A DNA stretch of 64,000 nucleotides. Source: Mizuhopecten yessoensis (Eukaryota). This document shows, one piece after another, positions 15,191 through 28,180 of the stretch; the first letter of the stretch is position 1; each line of letters opens with the position of its first letter. The stretch spans positions 247,001 through 311,000 of the forward strand of contig NW_018403602.1 in assembly GCF_002113885.1 (NCBI RefSeq), read 5' to 3'. Made by a program: the position numbers and the translations under genes. A model generated the notes under the pieces. That model ran no database searches. It was not told the DNA's origin and saw only the letters and a list, made by a program, of their open reading frames with translations.

Positions 15191-17032
15191 TTTTATAGAT
15201 ATCGCTCTGAAATAGAAATATCAAGATCTTTTATATTCGTATCTGGGAAATTATCGTTATAATGTTAGAGACCCTTAAATATCCACAAAACCTAATTTAA
15301 GCTGTTTTAACTTCAGAAAAAGTTGAAGGTTTTACGCCAGAAATACTATATAGGAATAATGAGTCTGATTGGTTTATAAAAAATAAGTAATTCTTGTTCA
15401 AAAAAGGTTTTTAAGAAAATGCACATGTCGTTTGGAAATTTTGGAAATGAAATGTATTTGGTGGACTAGATGTACTTTATGATTCAAAATATCACAGCTT
15501 ACTGTAGCACTTACTTCAGAGACAAGTCTAAATAAAATAGTGTTTTTGAAAAGGTTCACTGGTTTTGCGTCTATGTGGCAAATACCATTTGATGACAGGT
15601 GTAATCCAATTTACATGTCTAAGCTGACAACTGAAAATATTGATATTCAGCTGTTAGCCAAAATTACCTATAATATAATAATACAGGTATGGTATCTTCT
15701 TGATTGATAGCTCGTAAGTTCTGGTATAAAATGTAACCCTTTTGAACGCGAGACAAGTTCGCTAATCATGTACCTTTGGTTGAGTTTACCATCATACAAT
15801 GATTGGACAGAAACACCTCCTTTGAACTGTCTCAATAATTGACGAAGCAGCAATATTTGCCAAAGTCAGCAATTCCCGGTGTTCAGTGTTAGAGTCTTGA
15901 ATCGCTCTTTCCTCAGATCTAGAACTTCCAATTCCAGCTAGGCTACTTTTATGAGCCCATCACAAAGCCAGAATGAATTGGATTTCCAGCTTTACATAGG
16001 TTGCCTACAGGCCTAGCTCACCATTTCATATTTGTGTTGGGGAACTTTCCAGGCCTGGTGTGAAAGTGTTTATTATTTTACCGTGATTGTCTCCCTTTAT
16101 CTAGAGCTTACACCAACACTAGCGAGGTTTATGTTCATCGGTTCATTCCTTATTCCTTGTTTTCACTATCCACTCCTTTCATTGGCTCCTGGTATTTTGT
16201 TTTCTCCCTCCAATAGAAACAAGAGATCAAGGAACTTATTAGAGTTTCTAAAATAAAACGAGAAAATTCTTAGGTGGTTACTAATGTTTAGATATAGCTC
16301 ACAGTCGGATCTTCGCTGTCGGATCTTCGCAGTACTCTGCTGTTATATGGCAGATTTCCCTTGAAGTGTGTTAAAAAAGATAAATGTAAATATATCTTTA
16401 AGACATTCTATAAAACTTAAAAAAGAAATAGTAAAACACATTATAAAATAAAAGAATGTTAGCAGACATACTGTGTTGTTTACGTAACTATCTTTAAGTA
16501 TGAGGTGAATTAGATTAGCTTAGGAGGGATGGAGATTCTGGTGACAGTTCTGAGAGAATATGTATACAAGATCATCATTACGCTATCTCAGAATAACAGG
16601 GGCTGTTTAAGGGACTTCCCTTATCTCCATAGCAACAGGGGCCATAAAAACAAGGAATCTGGAAACTCTGAGTTAAGATTTGATGACTCAAAATGGGATT
16701 TTATCATAACTGTATGGAGGCAACAACATCAGTAAACTATAGATAGATGAAGTAAAAGGTCTAAGGGATCAAACAAAAGGCCTCCAATAGAGCTAGGGTG
16801 AACAATGACATGGGGAGAACCTCAAGGCCAGTGTCTGTAGACATGGAATTTGTTTTTGGTTATTTGTAAGAAAGTGGTCGTGATGGGTAGGGGTGTTGTT
16901 ATCGGTGGCGTTACAGCAATCGGTTTTAATTGACAGGTACAATATATCGACACCTCTACCATTCCTATTAATCAGTGTCTATTTCAAATGCTTACTGAAA
17001 GATGAACTTTTGCCTGCTCGGTGCTGCTCTGC

Positions 17033-17887
17033 AGTTAGAGCAGCGTTAAGTTTGGACCGGATGTAAGATCACTGATCATGTATTGGGGTTGGTTAGAGCA
17101 GCGTTAAGTTTGGATCGGATGTCAGACCACTGATCTTGTATTGGGGTCGGTTAGAGCCGCGTTAAGTTTGGATCGGATGTAAAATCACTGATCATGTATT
17201 GGGGTTTGTTAGAGCAGCGTTAAGTTTGGACCGGATGTCAGATCGCTGATCATGTATTGGGGTCAGTTAGAGCAGCGTTAAGTTTGGACCGGATGTAAGA
17301 TCACCGATCATGTATTGGGGTTGGTTAGAGCATCGTTAAGTTTGGATCGGATGTAAGATCACTGGTCATGTATTGGGGTCGGTTAGATCAGAGTTAAGTT
17401 TGGATCGGATGTCAGACCACTGATCATGGATTGGGGTCGGTTAGGGGAGCGTTAAGTTTGGATCGGATGCCAGACCACTGATCATGTATTGGGGTCAGTT
17501 AGAGCAGCATTAAGTTTGGACTGGATGTCAGATCACTGATCATGTATTGGTGTCGGTTAGAGCAGCGTTAAGATTGGATCGGATGTCAGACCACTGATCA
17601 TGGATTGGGGTCGGTTAGAGCAGCGTTAAGTTTGGACCGGATGTCAGATCGCTGATCATGTATTGGGGTCAGTTAGAGCAGCGTTAAGTTTGGACCGGAT
17701 GTCCGATCACTGATCATGTATTGGGGTTGGTTAGAGCATCGTTAAGTTTGGATCGGATGTAAAATCACTGATCATGTATTGGGGTTTGTTAGAGCAGCGT
17801 TAAGTTTGGACCGGATGTCCGATCACTGATCATGTATTGGGGTCGGTTAGAGCAGCGTTAACAGATCACTGATCATGTATTGGGGTC
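17033..17887. repeat. 58-bp satellite, about 14-15 copies
   Basis: gttagagcagcgttaagtttggaccggatgtcagatcactgatcatgtattggggtcg. Confidence 0.95.
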
Positions 17888-18314
17888 GTATGCCAGGACT
17901 TGTACAAGTAACAAAACACATTCTATACCTCTACACTCTCCTTATCACTGTTTATGCCTCCAAATATTTTTTATTTCCGATGATACTGTCCCGATTCCTG
18001 AGATGATAGATGCAGATGTTTATGTACCTAACAATTCAATGTTTGCCAGTTTTTTTTACTCCCAAGTTTATAAACAGAGTTTATGTCAAAAGTGCCAGCA
18101 TTTCTTTTGTTTACAGCTGTAAGATCCTTTATTTCAGATTAATGGTGTTTATTTCTCATATGATTGTGAGAATGGGGAGAGATTAAACCATCAGATTGTA
18201 GTCGAGGATGTTTGGTTGGCTCTACAAATGTTACTAGATGTTACCAGCATATATATTGTTTGTCGACATTTTCTATGGAGTTTACTAAGTGTGTCACCCC
18301 TCTATATGTTACAG

Positions 18315-18415
18315 CACCAGGAACTCCGCCCCGCAATGTCCACGCCCGACCGATCAGCACAACTACCGTTATTGTCGAATGGCTGCCTCCAGAGAAACCC
18401 AACGGAATTATCAAG
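18315..18415 (+). CDS. Lar: Lar exon, FNIII-2 N-half ([34 protein letters not shown])
   Basis: acag| acceptor, phase 1 to 0. Weak donor AAG|GTTTTT, but it joins in frame to GYKIFYT. Confidence 0.9.
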
Positions 18416-21400
18416 GTTTTTTATACGGCCAATCACAAAATTATAAAAGCTTAACTAAGGGCAAAAATACCAAAACATTTGATTTGGGGGAAATCTACTG
18501 CATAATATTTCATCCAATTGAATAATAATAATGTGTTAATTTGCACTCAGAAAATACTCTTCTGACTTTTCTTTGTGACGTCTTCTAATAACCTCTTTCC
18601 TGTGTTTGTTGTGACTCATACATTTGTGACTTAATACATGTTTTGTCTGTGACAGTACAACACGCTTCTTCTGTGACTTTTGTGTGACCTGTTTGTGACA
18701 TTTTATCAGACATATTTGCAGACTTTTTATGCAAATTGACTTTTTGTGACCTGTTTCCTCCGACTCTTTGTGACCTGTTTCCACTGACTTTTGTGACCTG
18801 TTTCCTCCAACTCTTTGTGACCTGTTTCCACCGACTTTTGTGACCTGTTTCCTCCGACTCTTTGTGACCTGGTTCCACTGACTTGTTTGGACCGGATGTC
18901 CGATCTCTTTGTGACCTGTTTCCTCCGACTCTTTGTGACCTGTTTCCACTGACTTTTGTGACCTGTTTCCTCCGACTCTTTGTGACCTGTTTCTATGTAC
19001 GTTGGACAGGAAGACTTGTGACAAGTGAAGCTTAGATTTGCTAATTACATTTGTCCTTTGTGTGTCACAGTGGTAAGTACATGCAGCTATTCGCTATAGT
19101 TTTGTGATTACCTGTTATGTTTGTTTAGGTACATGGTTTTCGGATTAAATGAATAAATGAGGGTTACTACTTTCCAGAAGATTTTGAAATGTGACTGCTT
19201 TCTGCTGGCGTGTGACAACAAACCAATACAAAGTGGCAATGTGTTTGGAAATGTTACAACATGCAATAAAAATGGACAACACCTTTTAAATTTGACAAAA
19301 TGCCATTGAAATATAGCAACACACCATTGAAATGTGACAAAACACCATTGAAATGTGACAAAACACCATTAAAATGTCACAACCAGCTTTGACATGTGAC
19401 ACTGCACCATAGTCAAGTGTGACCTGTGATCACACACCATTGAAATGTCAACACAAAATCTCATTATAACATGCTTTCCTCTTTTCCAATTTTTTCAGGG
19501 CTACAAGATTTTCTACACACTAGATCCTGATCTTCCAATCATCCTGTGGAAACGACATGATGTCAACTCCGATAAGAATGTGGTGACCATCGAGAACCTA
19601 CAGGCTAATGTGACCTACCACATGTGTATCTTGGCCTATTCTAGCAAGGGGGAGGGGCCTGTATCCGATCTCATCCAGGTCATGACTCGTCAAGGAGGTA
19701 TGCGCCCCAATCCTGTCACTGTGAACACCCACCGACACCCTCTAGTGCTATGCCTCCATGGGGTACAGAATGCAAAGTACTCTCATTAGATCGAAAGTTT
19801 TTTTTCCCTATCGTCTCTAGAATGATGGACCATGTAGCTTACATGGTGGATTGGTAAATGATGTGAATGGTTGGTCTTGACATAGCACACCTCCGTTTGT
19901 ACTCAAACTCAGACTCCGCATCTTTTTGCTCGAGGTTTTGATAACAAACTGCATGAAAGTCTGAGTGCATGCCTGTATAAGGACTTTGTTAGTATGAAAC
20001 TGGATGATTACCCTGTCTCACTCACTACCGAGCAGACCACCGTCGGTGTGTCTCTCGCAGCGTATATCTAGCAGCATGTCCGTTACTTTCTCTGTATTGT
20101 TTTTATCGGGTACTATGTTGCTGAACGATATCTGTCAACCAAGAGATTTGGGGCATGCCGTGTTCAAATGGGCAACATTAAAAATGCCATGCTGTATGTT
20201 TTTTCGGTGATAATAATTATTGTGTTTTACATAGAATGCCTGCCATATGAATCACAGATATGTTTTGTACTGTCTCCATTATGTATTTACATATAACTAC
20301 TGGTACACTGATATACCCCCCACCATATATAGACCTGCTCAATTACCTCATTCGCCACAGAAATAGGTGGCTGTACCAATGTCTATAACTATACAAATGT
20401 AATAGCCCAATATATTTATATGTGTACATACTTATATTTATATCATAATACACCATATATATCTATATATAATACATATTTATCGATTATACACCAAATA
20501 TGGATATATACGTAGAAACCGCATATATTCCACATAATTCACACTATCTATAAAATCTTGATACACCATATATGGGCATATATATATTAACCTAATTTTT
20601 TAACCTTTTTTTGAAATATGAATATAAATACATATATATTTATTGACAAAAACATGTAAATATAAAAATGTGGTCTAAATAGCAAATATGATTCAAAAAG
20701 TATCAGATACTTAATATCACAATGTGTTCTATATCATTTGGTGCAAATTATTCAAAATTACTTTTTGTTCACCTTTTTTTCCTTATTCGTATTTTCTAAT
20801 TATTATCGACTCACATTTTACAACACAGTTAAAGTTAAGCGTATCAACATCACTACAAACATCTACAATTCTAGGACTTTCTATTTCCCTACCCTACAGT
20901 ATATCAAAAATTACAAACCTAGTCACTGCTATCAATATTACTTCACTGGTACAACCCAAACTGTCACGGTAAACTTCCTCCAAGGAATGGAATTTTAAAA
21001 ATGAAGCAGGACAAAAATGATTAAATATGTTATTATCGATTTTGGGAAAGAACACTGGTTTAATCATGACAAGTAAAATGAACAAAAACAATACTGAAAT
21101 TTAAAAAAAAAAAAAAAATCAAATTCATTCAATCCCAGAAATAGCATACTTTAAATTTACAAACTAGGTAGCCACCTGCATGGAATTGTACAATGCTGTT
21201 TATTACACACATATATAGATCTTGTCACAAGCATTTATATCACTGACAAACAAGTTTTATTTACCGAGTGCCCGTCCCGACAACAAACATGTGGAATGCA
21301 TCTCAATAACATCACCGCCATCACGTCTTACTTACTCACCCAGGAACTTGGTTTGGTGGAATATCAAAAACATTAGAAGAAATCATAACAAAAAAATCCA

Positions 21401-24400
21401 TATTTATATCAATTTGTTTTATATATTTTTTATGTTATCATATACCATATTATAAGTCCAGACAAATGAAAAACATTAAAAAGTACATTCTCTGCAGAAC
21501 AAATGATTGAAAGAATTCTTGATTATTTATTGTACATTGCAAGATAGAATAATTCAAACTATATTTAAAATAAATAATACTGATATATTTTAGTCTTGAC
21601 CATTCAAGTAATATCAAGCAGATACTTACTTCCGCATATAAATTCCTTTGAATGAAAAAGAAAATATTGATTTATTGAATATAGAAAAATAAATTTGATC
21701 TGTATTGGAAAGCATACAATACTTACATTTTTTTCCGATTTTGACAATTTAAATGATACTGTAACATGAATTGTGATAAACGTTTGGAAGAAGTCCACCA
21801 AACCTAGGTTTTGAGTTGACTTGTTTGCATAAGGAATCGATTGCATTTGAGATGGTCCATAGAGACCTCCATTTTAGTCTTCAGGACCCAACTGTGGAAA
21901 AGCTTGATGAACATGGCCACATTTGATCCACGGCCGTTTACGTACAGAGTTATCTACCTTACAACTAGAGTTGCCTACCTTTAGTTATGTTGTATCGTTG
22001 TGCAGGGAGGAACCACAAGATGTCCATGTTTTTTGTCAAATTATAAAGTTGTTGAAGGCAAGGCTTTGCTTTCTGTAGTAAAACATAATTGTGTGCTTTC
22101 ATGATGACAAAATTGTTTAAGGTAACTGTTTGTGAACTAAAGTTATCAACCTTAGCACACTCAACCTTAGACTAGAGTTGTCTACCTTGTGTAGGTAGTT
22201 AATATTTTGGGTTTTATCAAGTAAGGAAAGATGAATACAGTAGTATTTCAATGAATCTGAAAGAAAAACATGTATATTTAAATTAAATAGGTGAATTTAG
22301 TCTCAAATAAATAACTATTTCCTTCAGATAGAAATCTGACTAAAAGTTGAACTCACACATTGGTATAACTAAAGCTTACAATACATGTGCTTGTGATGCA
22401 TTCCACTTGCAAAACACAGGCCAATGGCCATGTAGCTGCGAAACGCAAAGCCCAAACCTGCTGCGCGTTCTCACGTGTCGCGACTGCGTACTGCGAGTGC
22501 GCCTATGCTCAAGCTTTTCCACAAGTGGGTGTATGCATTGCATCCTAAACACCGTAGAATAGGTATATACGTACGCTAGACCCTGTAGCTATATATAGCC
22601 TGCCACTGGGAGTTGCTGCAGAAGTCCGTGTGGTAGTTGAGTCATGTGACTGCCTGTAGCCCAATTATTTTGATTGCGTTCTTGAATGTGTTATTTGATG
22701 TGTTTGACAAATTCTGTGTTCGATCCTTCCAGCGCGAGATAGTCAATGTTCTAGGAAAACTTGTTTTCCCGGTAAGTTCGAGCCATAAAGTTATGGCACG
22801 CTAAATCTTGTATCTCCAGTGTTCTTCGGAGTTGTGTTCAATATTTTTCTCCAAAAATTTTGTTTTATCTGAAAATTTCATTGATGTCATTTTCTGCATG
22901 TTTCCATTTCTGATTCTGAATTTCATTCGTATATGACGCCAAATTTTAACTCCTTTTTAAATCTCTAAATATATATCAGTGTCATTTCTTCCGTTATATT
23001 TCAAAGCTTCAATTTCATGCTAGTGTTATTTTTCCAGGCAGTTAATTTTTAGGAAACAAAAAGAAGAAACCCAAACAAATAATAGTTTAAATGAATTAGA
23101 TTAAATAAAATGGTGAGATTCCATTTCTGTGAGATTGTTTAAATTATATGAGTGTTATACTCGTACGGTACCTGTTTTATCTTCCATTAATTGCCTAATG
23201 TGGGTCTGAACAAAATGGATGACTCTGCATCTGCTCGCTGCCTGCGATTGTTGTGTTTATTATGATTGCATACATATGTTATTATCCCCGCGCATAATCT
23301 CACAATACACGCCTATCACTGTAGCATGACGTAGCATCAGTTTTCGTAGTTCGTAATCTGCTCTGCATCTTAATGCGCGTCTCTCAACCTTTTTACGTTC
23401 ACCTTGTCACCTGCTCAGTGTTTGATAACAATTCAATTTGTATACATTTGGTCAAAATTCTCTGAGAATTCTTATTATATTGTTGATTAACTGTTAAAGA
23501 TAATTGATAATTCCATATTTCATCTGAAATGTTCGTTTTTTTCATGTTTCATCATCTATATACATTTTTTACTGTGAAAAGTTTGAATTATTATTCAACA
23601 TTAATTCTTTAATGAATTTATATTAATGCGAATAAATGTTGAATTTTAAAAGATGATTGTAATTTATTCAGAGAACCATGCTTGTAATTCAGCTAAGATA
23701 TTTCACAGTAATTAAGCATAATTTTGCACTATAGTTTCAAAGAGAAGATAACTGCATCTAAAGTATCTAGTAAAACACGAAGCGAAAAGCGCTAGCGATT
23801 GTGTTAGAGCAATAACGGCTGTCTGTTCACCAATGGTTCATGCTGAAGAACTATAGTCTGTATGAGATATGTCACAGCTGTGAGACTATAGCCTGTATCA
23901 GATTTCACTAATTGCTGTGTAGTCACATGATGTGCTGGTCACTGGTATTGAGCTGTCTATAACATGTAACTCATTTTAGCGTGATTTTTCTTTTTCCTCC
24001 ACCGTACCTGGGTACAGAGATTGTAGGTGAGCTGCCATTACCTAAACATAGACTTTTTCAGTTTATTTCTCCCGTTTATTTTGATTTTCTATTTCAGCAC
24101 AGACTTTTTAAGTGTATTTTTAAAAAAAGAAACAAAATAGCTAATGCAATTATATACATTGTACTTTGCCTTCCCTGAATACCAATATAATATATACCTA
24201 TAAATGATGTGCTAATCATGATCTAAAATGTGCATGCATCTTAAAATGATCTGGTTTATATTGTGTTCTTGTGAGAGCTGAAACACTAAGTCAGGTGGGC
24301 GTCAATAGACTGGTCCTCAACCACGAAGGAAGAGTCTGTCTAGTTAAATTAGGAGTGAAGGGAAGTAAAGTTTTTTTCTTTACTAATGTTTGTTTCAGGG

Positions 24401-27400
24401 GATAGTAGTAGCGGTAAGATTGCATTTTAAACTTTTTGTCTTGATCTTGAATTAACTGTCATGGAATTCATTAGTGCTGTATTAATTGATTGAAGCTTGT
24501 AAACAAAATCAGCTAAACAATGCATGATATTTACAAGTGAAATGTCAATATCAGTTAAACTCTCATAGCTATTCCTTTGGCAATGTTGGAATAGTGATAA
24601 GACCTTTCCTGTCCCGTAGAGACAGATGTATTGCAGTGTTTGGCATGGAGTTGTAGTGGAATTAACAAGGACTTGAATGTCTGTGTACTTCTGCATTGCT
24701 GAGGACTTACGAGCTGTCATTTTGATATGTTGATGTTAGTTATAGTAATTAATCTACTAATTTCTCATTAGTAGCTGTTTGATATGCATTTAATATTTGA
24801 TGAATTATATCTAGCTCACTTACCAGAGCATTGGGGGGGGGGGGGGGGGGGGGGGATAGGCTGTGCTGAACCTTAATATATATTTTTAGGAGCCAAAAAC
24901 AGCTTAATTTTACTTGATTAAACTTTTTGAGAAAGCCTTTTTTTGCAAACTAGAACACTGCACTCAATAAGTTTTTGACTATTATAAGGTTGAGGCATCT
25001 ATATGGAGTGTAAGCAAGGGGCCAAAAGGACTTACTTTAAATTCAACTTGTAGATAGAATCTGATGAAAGCTTTTGATCCCTAATGATAGCCTAATGACC
25101 ATTTGGGAACTATAAATTATATTTTTTTCTAATATCTAAATAGTTCAGTATAGTCAATGGTTTTTGTTGGAAGATAAAATCCTTACAAATACAGTGTTAC
25201 ACTTGTCAAAATATACATAGATAAAATCCTCAGGCTAATTGTTACACAGAAACAATATTGTTGTGAAGATATTTAAATTTACCAATATTGCTACCAATAC
25301 CTAGCCAACAAAAGTATGTTTAAGCCCGAAAAAAAATGTTTATATAGGTCAAAAATACTGCAGGTGAAATAGAGAGAGAATAAAGCCACTCAGTGCTACC
25401 CTTTACCTTGGTTCAGCGGTACCCTTTACCTTGGTTCAGTGCTACCCTTTACCTTGGTTCAGTGCGACCCGTTACCTTGGTTCAGCGGTACCCTTTACCT
25501 TGGTTCAGTGGTACCCTTTACCTTGGTTCAGTGGTACCCTTTACCTTGGTTCAGTGCTACCCGTTACCTTGGTTCAGTGGTAATCTTTACCTTGGTTCAG
25601 CGGTACCCTTTACCTTGGTTCAGCGGTACCCTTTACCTTGGTTCAGTGCTACCCTTTACCTTGGATCAGCGGTACCCTTTCCCTTGGTTCAGTGCGCCCC
25701 GTTACCTTGGTTCAGCGGAACACTTTACCTTGGTTCAGTTCTACCCTTTACCTTGGCTCAGTGCTACCCTTTACACCTTTGTTCAGTGCTGCTCTTTACC
25801 TTGGTTCAGCTGTACCCTTTATCTTGGTTCAGTGCTACCCTTTACCTTGGTTCAGTGCTAATCTTTACTTTGGTTCAGCGGTACTCTTTACCTTGGTTCA
25901 GTGCTACCCTTTACCTTGGTTAAGTTTTACTCTTTACCTTGGTTCAGTGCTACCCTTTACACCTTTGTTCAGTGCTACTCTTTACCTTGGTTCAGTGCTA
26001 CTCTTTACCTTGGTTGAATGCTACCCTATACCTTGGTTCAGTTTTACTCTTTACCTTGGTTCAGTGGTACTCTTTACCTTGGTTCAGCGGTACCTTTTAC
26101 CTTGGTTCAATGGTACCCTTTACCTTGGTTCAGTTTTACTCTTTACCTTGGTTCAGTGGTACCCTTCACCTTGGTTCAGTGCTACCCTTTACCTTGGTTC
26201 AGTGGTACCCTTTACTTTGGTTCAGTGCTACCCTTTATCTTGGTTCAGTGCTACTCTTTACCTTGGTTCAGTGGTACCCCTTACCTTGGTTCAGTGCTAC
26301 CCTTTACCTTGGTTCAGTGCTACTCTTTACCTTGGTTCAGTGCTACCCTTTACCTTGGTTCAGCAGTGCCCTTTATCTTGGTTCAGTGCTGCTACCCTTT
26401 ACCTTGGTTCAGTGCTACCCTTTACCTTGGTTCAGTGCTACCCTTTACCTTTGTTCAGTGGTACCCTTTACCTTGGTTCAGTGCTGCCCTTTACCTTGGT
26501 TCAGTGCTACCCTTTACCTTGGTTCAGCGGTACCCTTTACTTTGGTTCAGTGCTACCCTTTACCTTGGTTCAGTGCTACCCTTTAGCTTGGTTCAGTGCT
26601 ACTCTTTACCTTGGTTCAGTGCTACCCTTTACCTTGGTTCAGTGCTACCCTTTACCTTGGTTCAGTGGTACCCTTTACCTTTGTTCAGTGCTACCCTTTA
26701 CCTTTGTTCAGTGCTACTCTTTACCTTGGTTCAGTGATACCCTGGTTCCATTGTGTAAAATATGACAAGTACTGATTTTTTTAGTATTATACTATAATTC
26801 TGTCATCAGGTCTCTGTACATCTAGAGTTCTGACTCATCAGGTCCCTGTACATATTATAGATATTAACCCATCTAGATCATGTAAGTGTTTGAATGTAGG
26901 TAGTTCTGTCATCAGGTCTCTGTACATATTATAGATATTAACGTTACTCATCTAGATCATGTAAGTGTTTGATTGTAGGTAGTTCTGACATCAGGTCCCT
27001 GTACATATTATAGATATTAACTCATCTAGATCATGTAAGAGTTTGATTGTAGGTAGTTCTGTCATCAGGTCTCTGTACATCTAGAGTTCTGACTCATCAG
27101 GTCCCTGTACATATCATAGATATTAACTCATCTAGATGATGTAAGTGTTTGATTGTAGGTAATTCTGACATCAGGGCCCTGTACATATTATAGATATTAA
27201 CGTTCCTCATCTAGATCATGTAAGTGTTTGAATGTAGGAAGTTCTGTCATCAGGACTCTGTACATATTATAGATATTAACTCATCTAGATCATGTAAGTG
27301 TGTGATTGTAGGTAGTTCTGACATCAGGTCCCTGTACATATCATAGATATTAACGTTACTCATCTAAATTATTTAAGTGTTTGATTGTAGGTAGTTCTGA

Positions 27401-28140
27401 CTCATCAGGTCTCTGTACATGTCATAGATATTTACTCATCTAGATCATGTAAGTGTTTGATTATAGGTAGTTCTGTGATCAGGTCCCTGTACATGTCATA
27501 GATATTAACCCATCTAGATCATGTAAGTGTTTGAATGTAGGTAGTTCTGTCATCAGGTCCCTGTACATATCATAGATATTAACGTTACTCATCTAGATCA
27601 TGTAAGTGTTTGATTATAGGTAGTTCTGTGACCAGGTCCCTGTACATGTCATAGATATTAACCCATCTAGATCATGTAAGTGTTTGATTGTAGGTAGTTC
27701 TGTCATCAGGTCTCTGTAAATATTATAGATATTAACTCATCTAGATCATGTAAGTGTTTGAATGCTCTCATAATAACACTTTAACAGTTTATTTAAGATG
27801 CTAAAGCGAGAAAAAAATGTATAAATTCATGCTAGCACAAAAATGCACACTATTTTTGCCATTGAAGTCATGACATTTGACTTTCACAAACGGGTCATTT
27901 TGCTTACTGTGTATTTGAAGTTAATGAAAATGGAAAATGTCATTTTAGAGAAGAAGAAAAATTGAGAAAAATATCTGCACATCTGGTATTATAAAAAAAA
28001 AATCTATAAAAGAGTGTTTTCATTTTGTTTAAATTTTTTGTTTGTTTTCTTTTTTTTGTATCATATTTGAACAGAAAATAAAGCAACAATGAATATTTTT
28101 TTTCATTCAGTGTCACATTATCAGTTAATAAACAATTATN

Positions 28141-28180
<40 letters not shown>

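Noticed and set aside
485-18122. Many 60-190 aa ORFs in the first 18 kb
   Set aside because: No recognisable domains or transposase/RT motifs; consistent with random or repeat-derived intronic ORFs.
19071-19072. cacag|TG|gtaagt 2-nt unit (similar cag|GA|gtaagt at 3084-3085)
   Set aside because: Frame-shifting; it shows the chance background of AG..GT pairs.
24834-24855. Poly(G) run of about 22 nt
   Set aside because: Simple homopolymer with no supporting context.
25393-26765. Several long overlapping hydrophobic ORFs
   Set aside because: Artefact of the 23-bp satellite.
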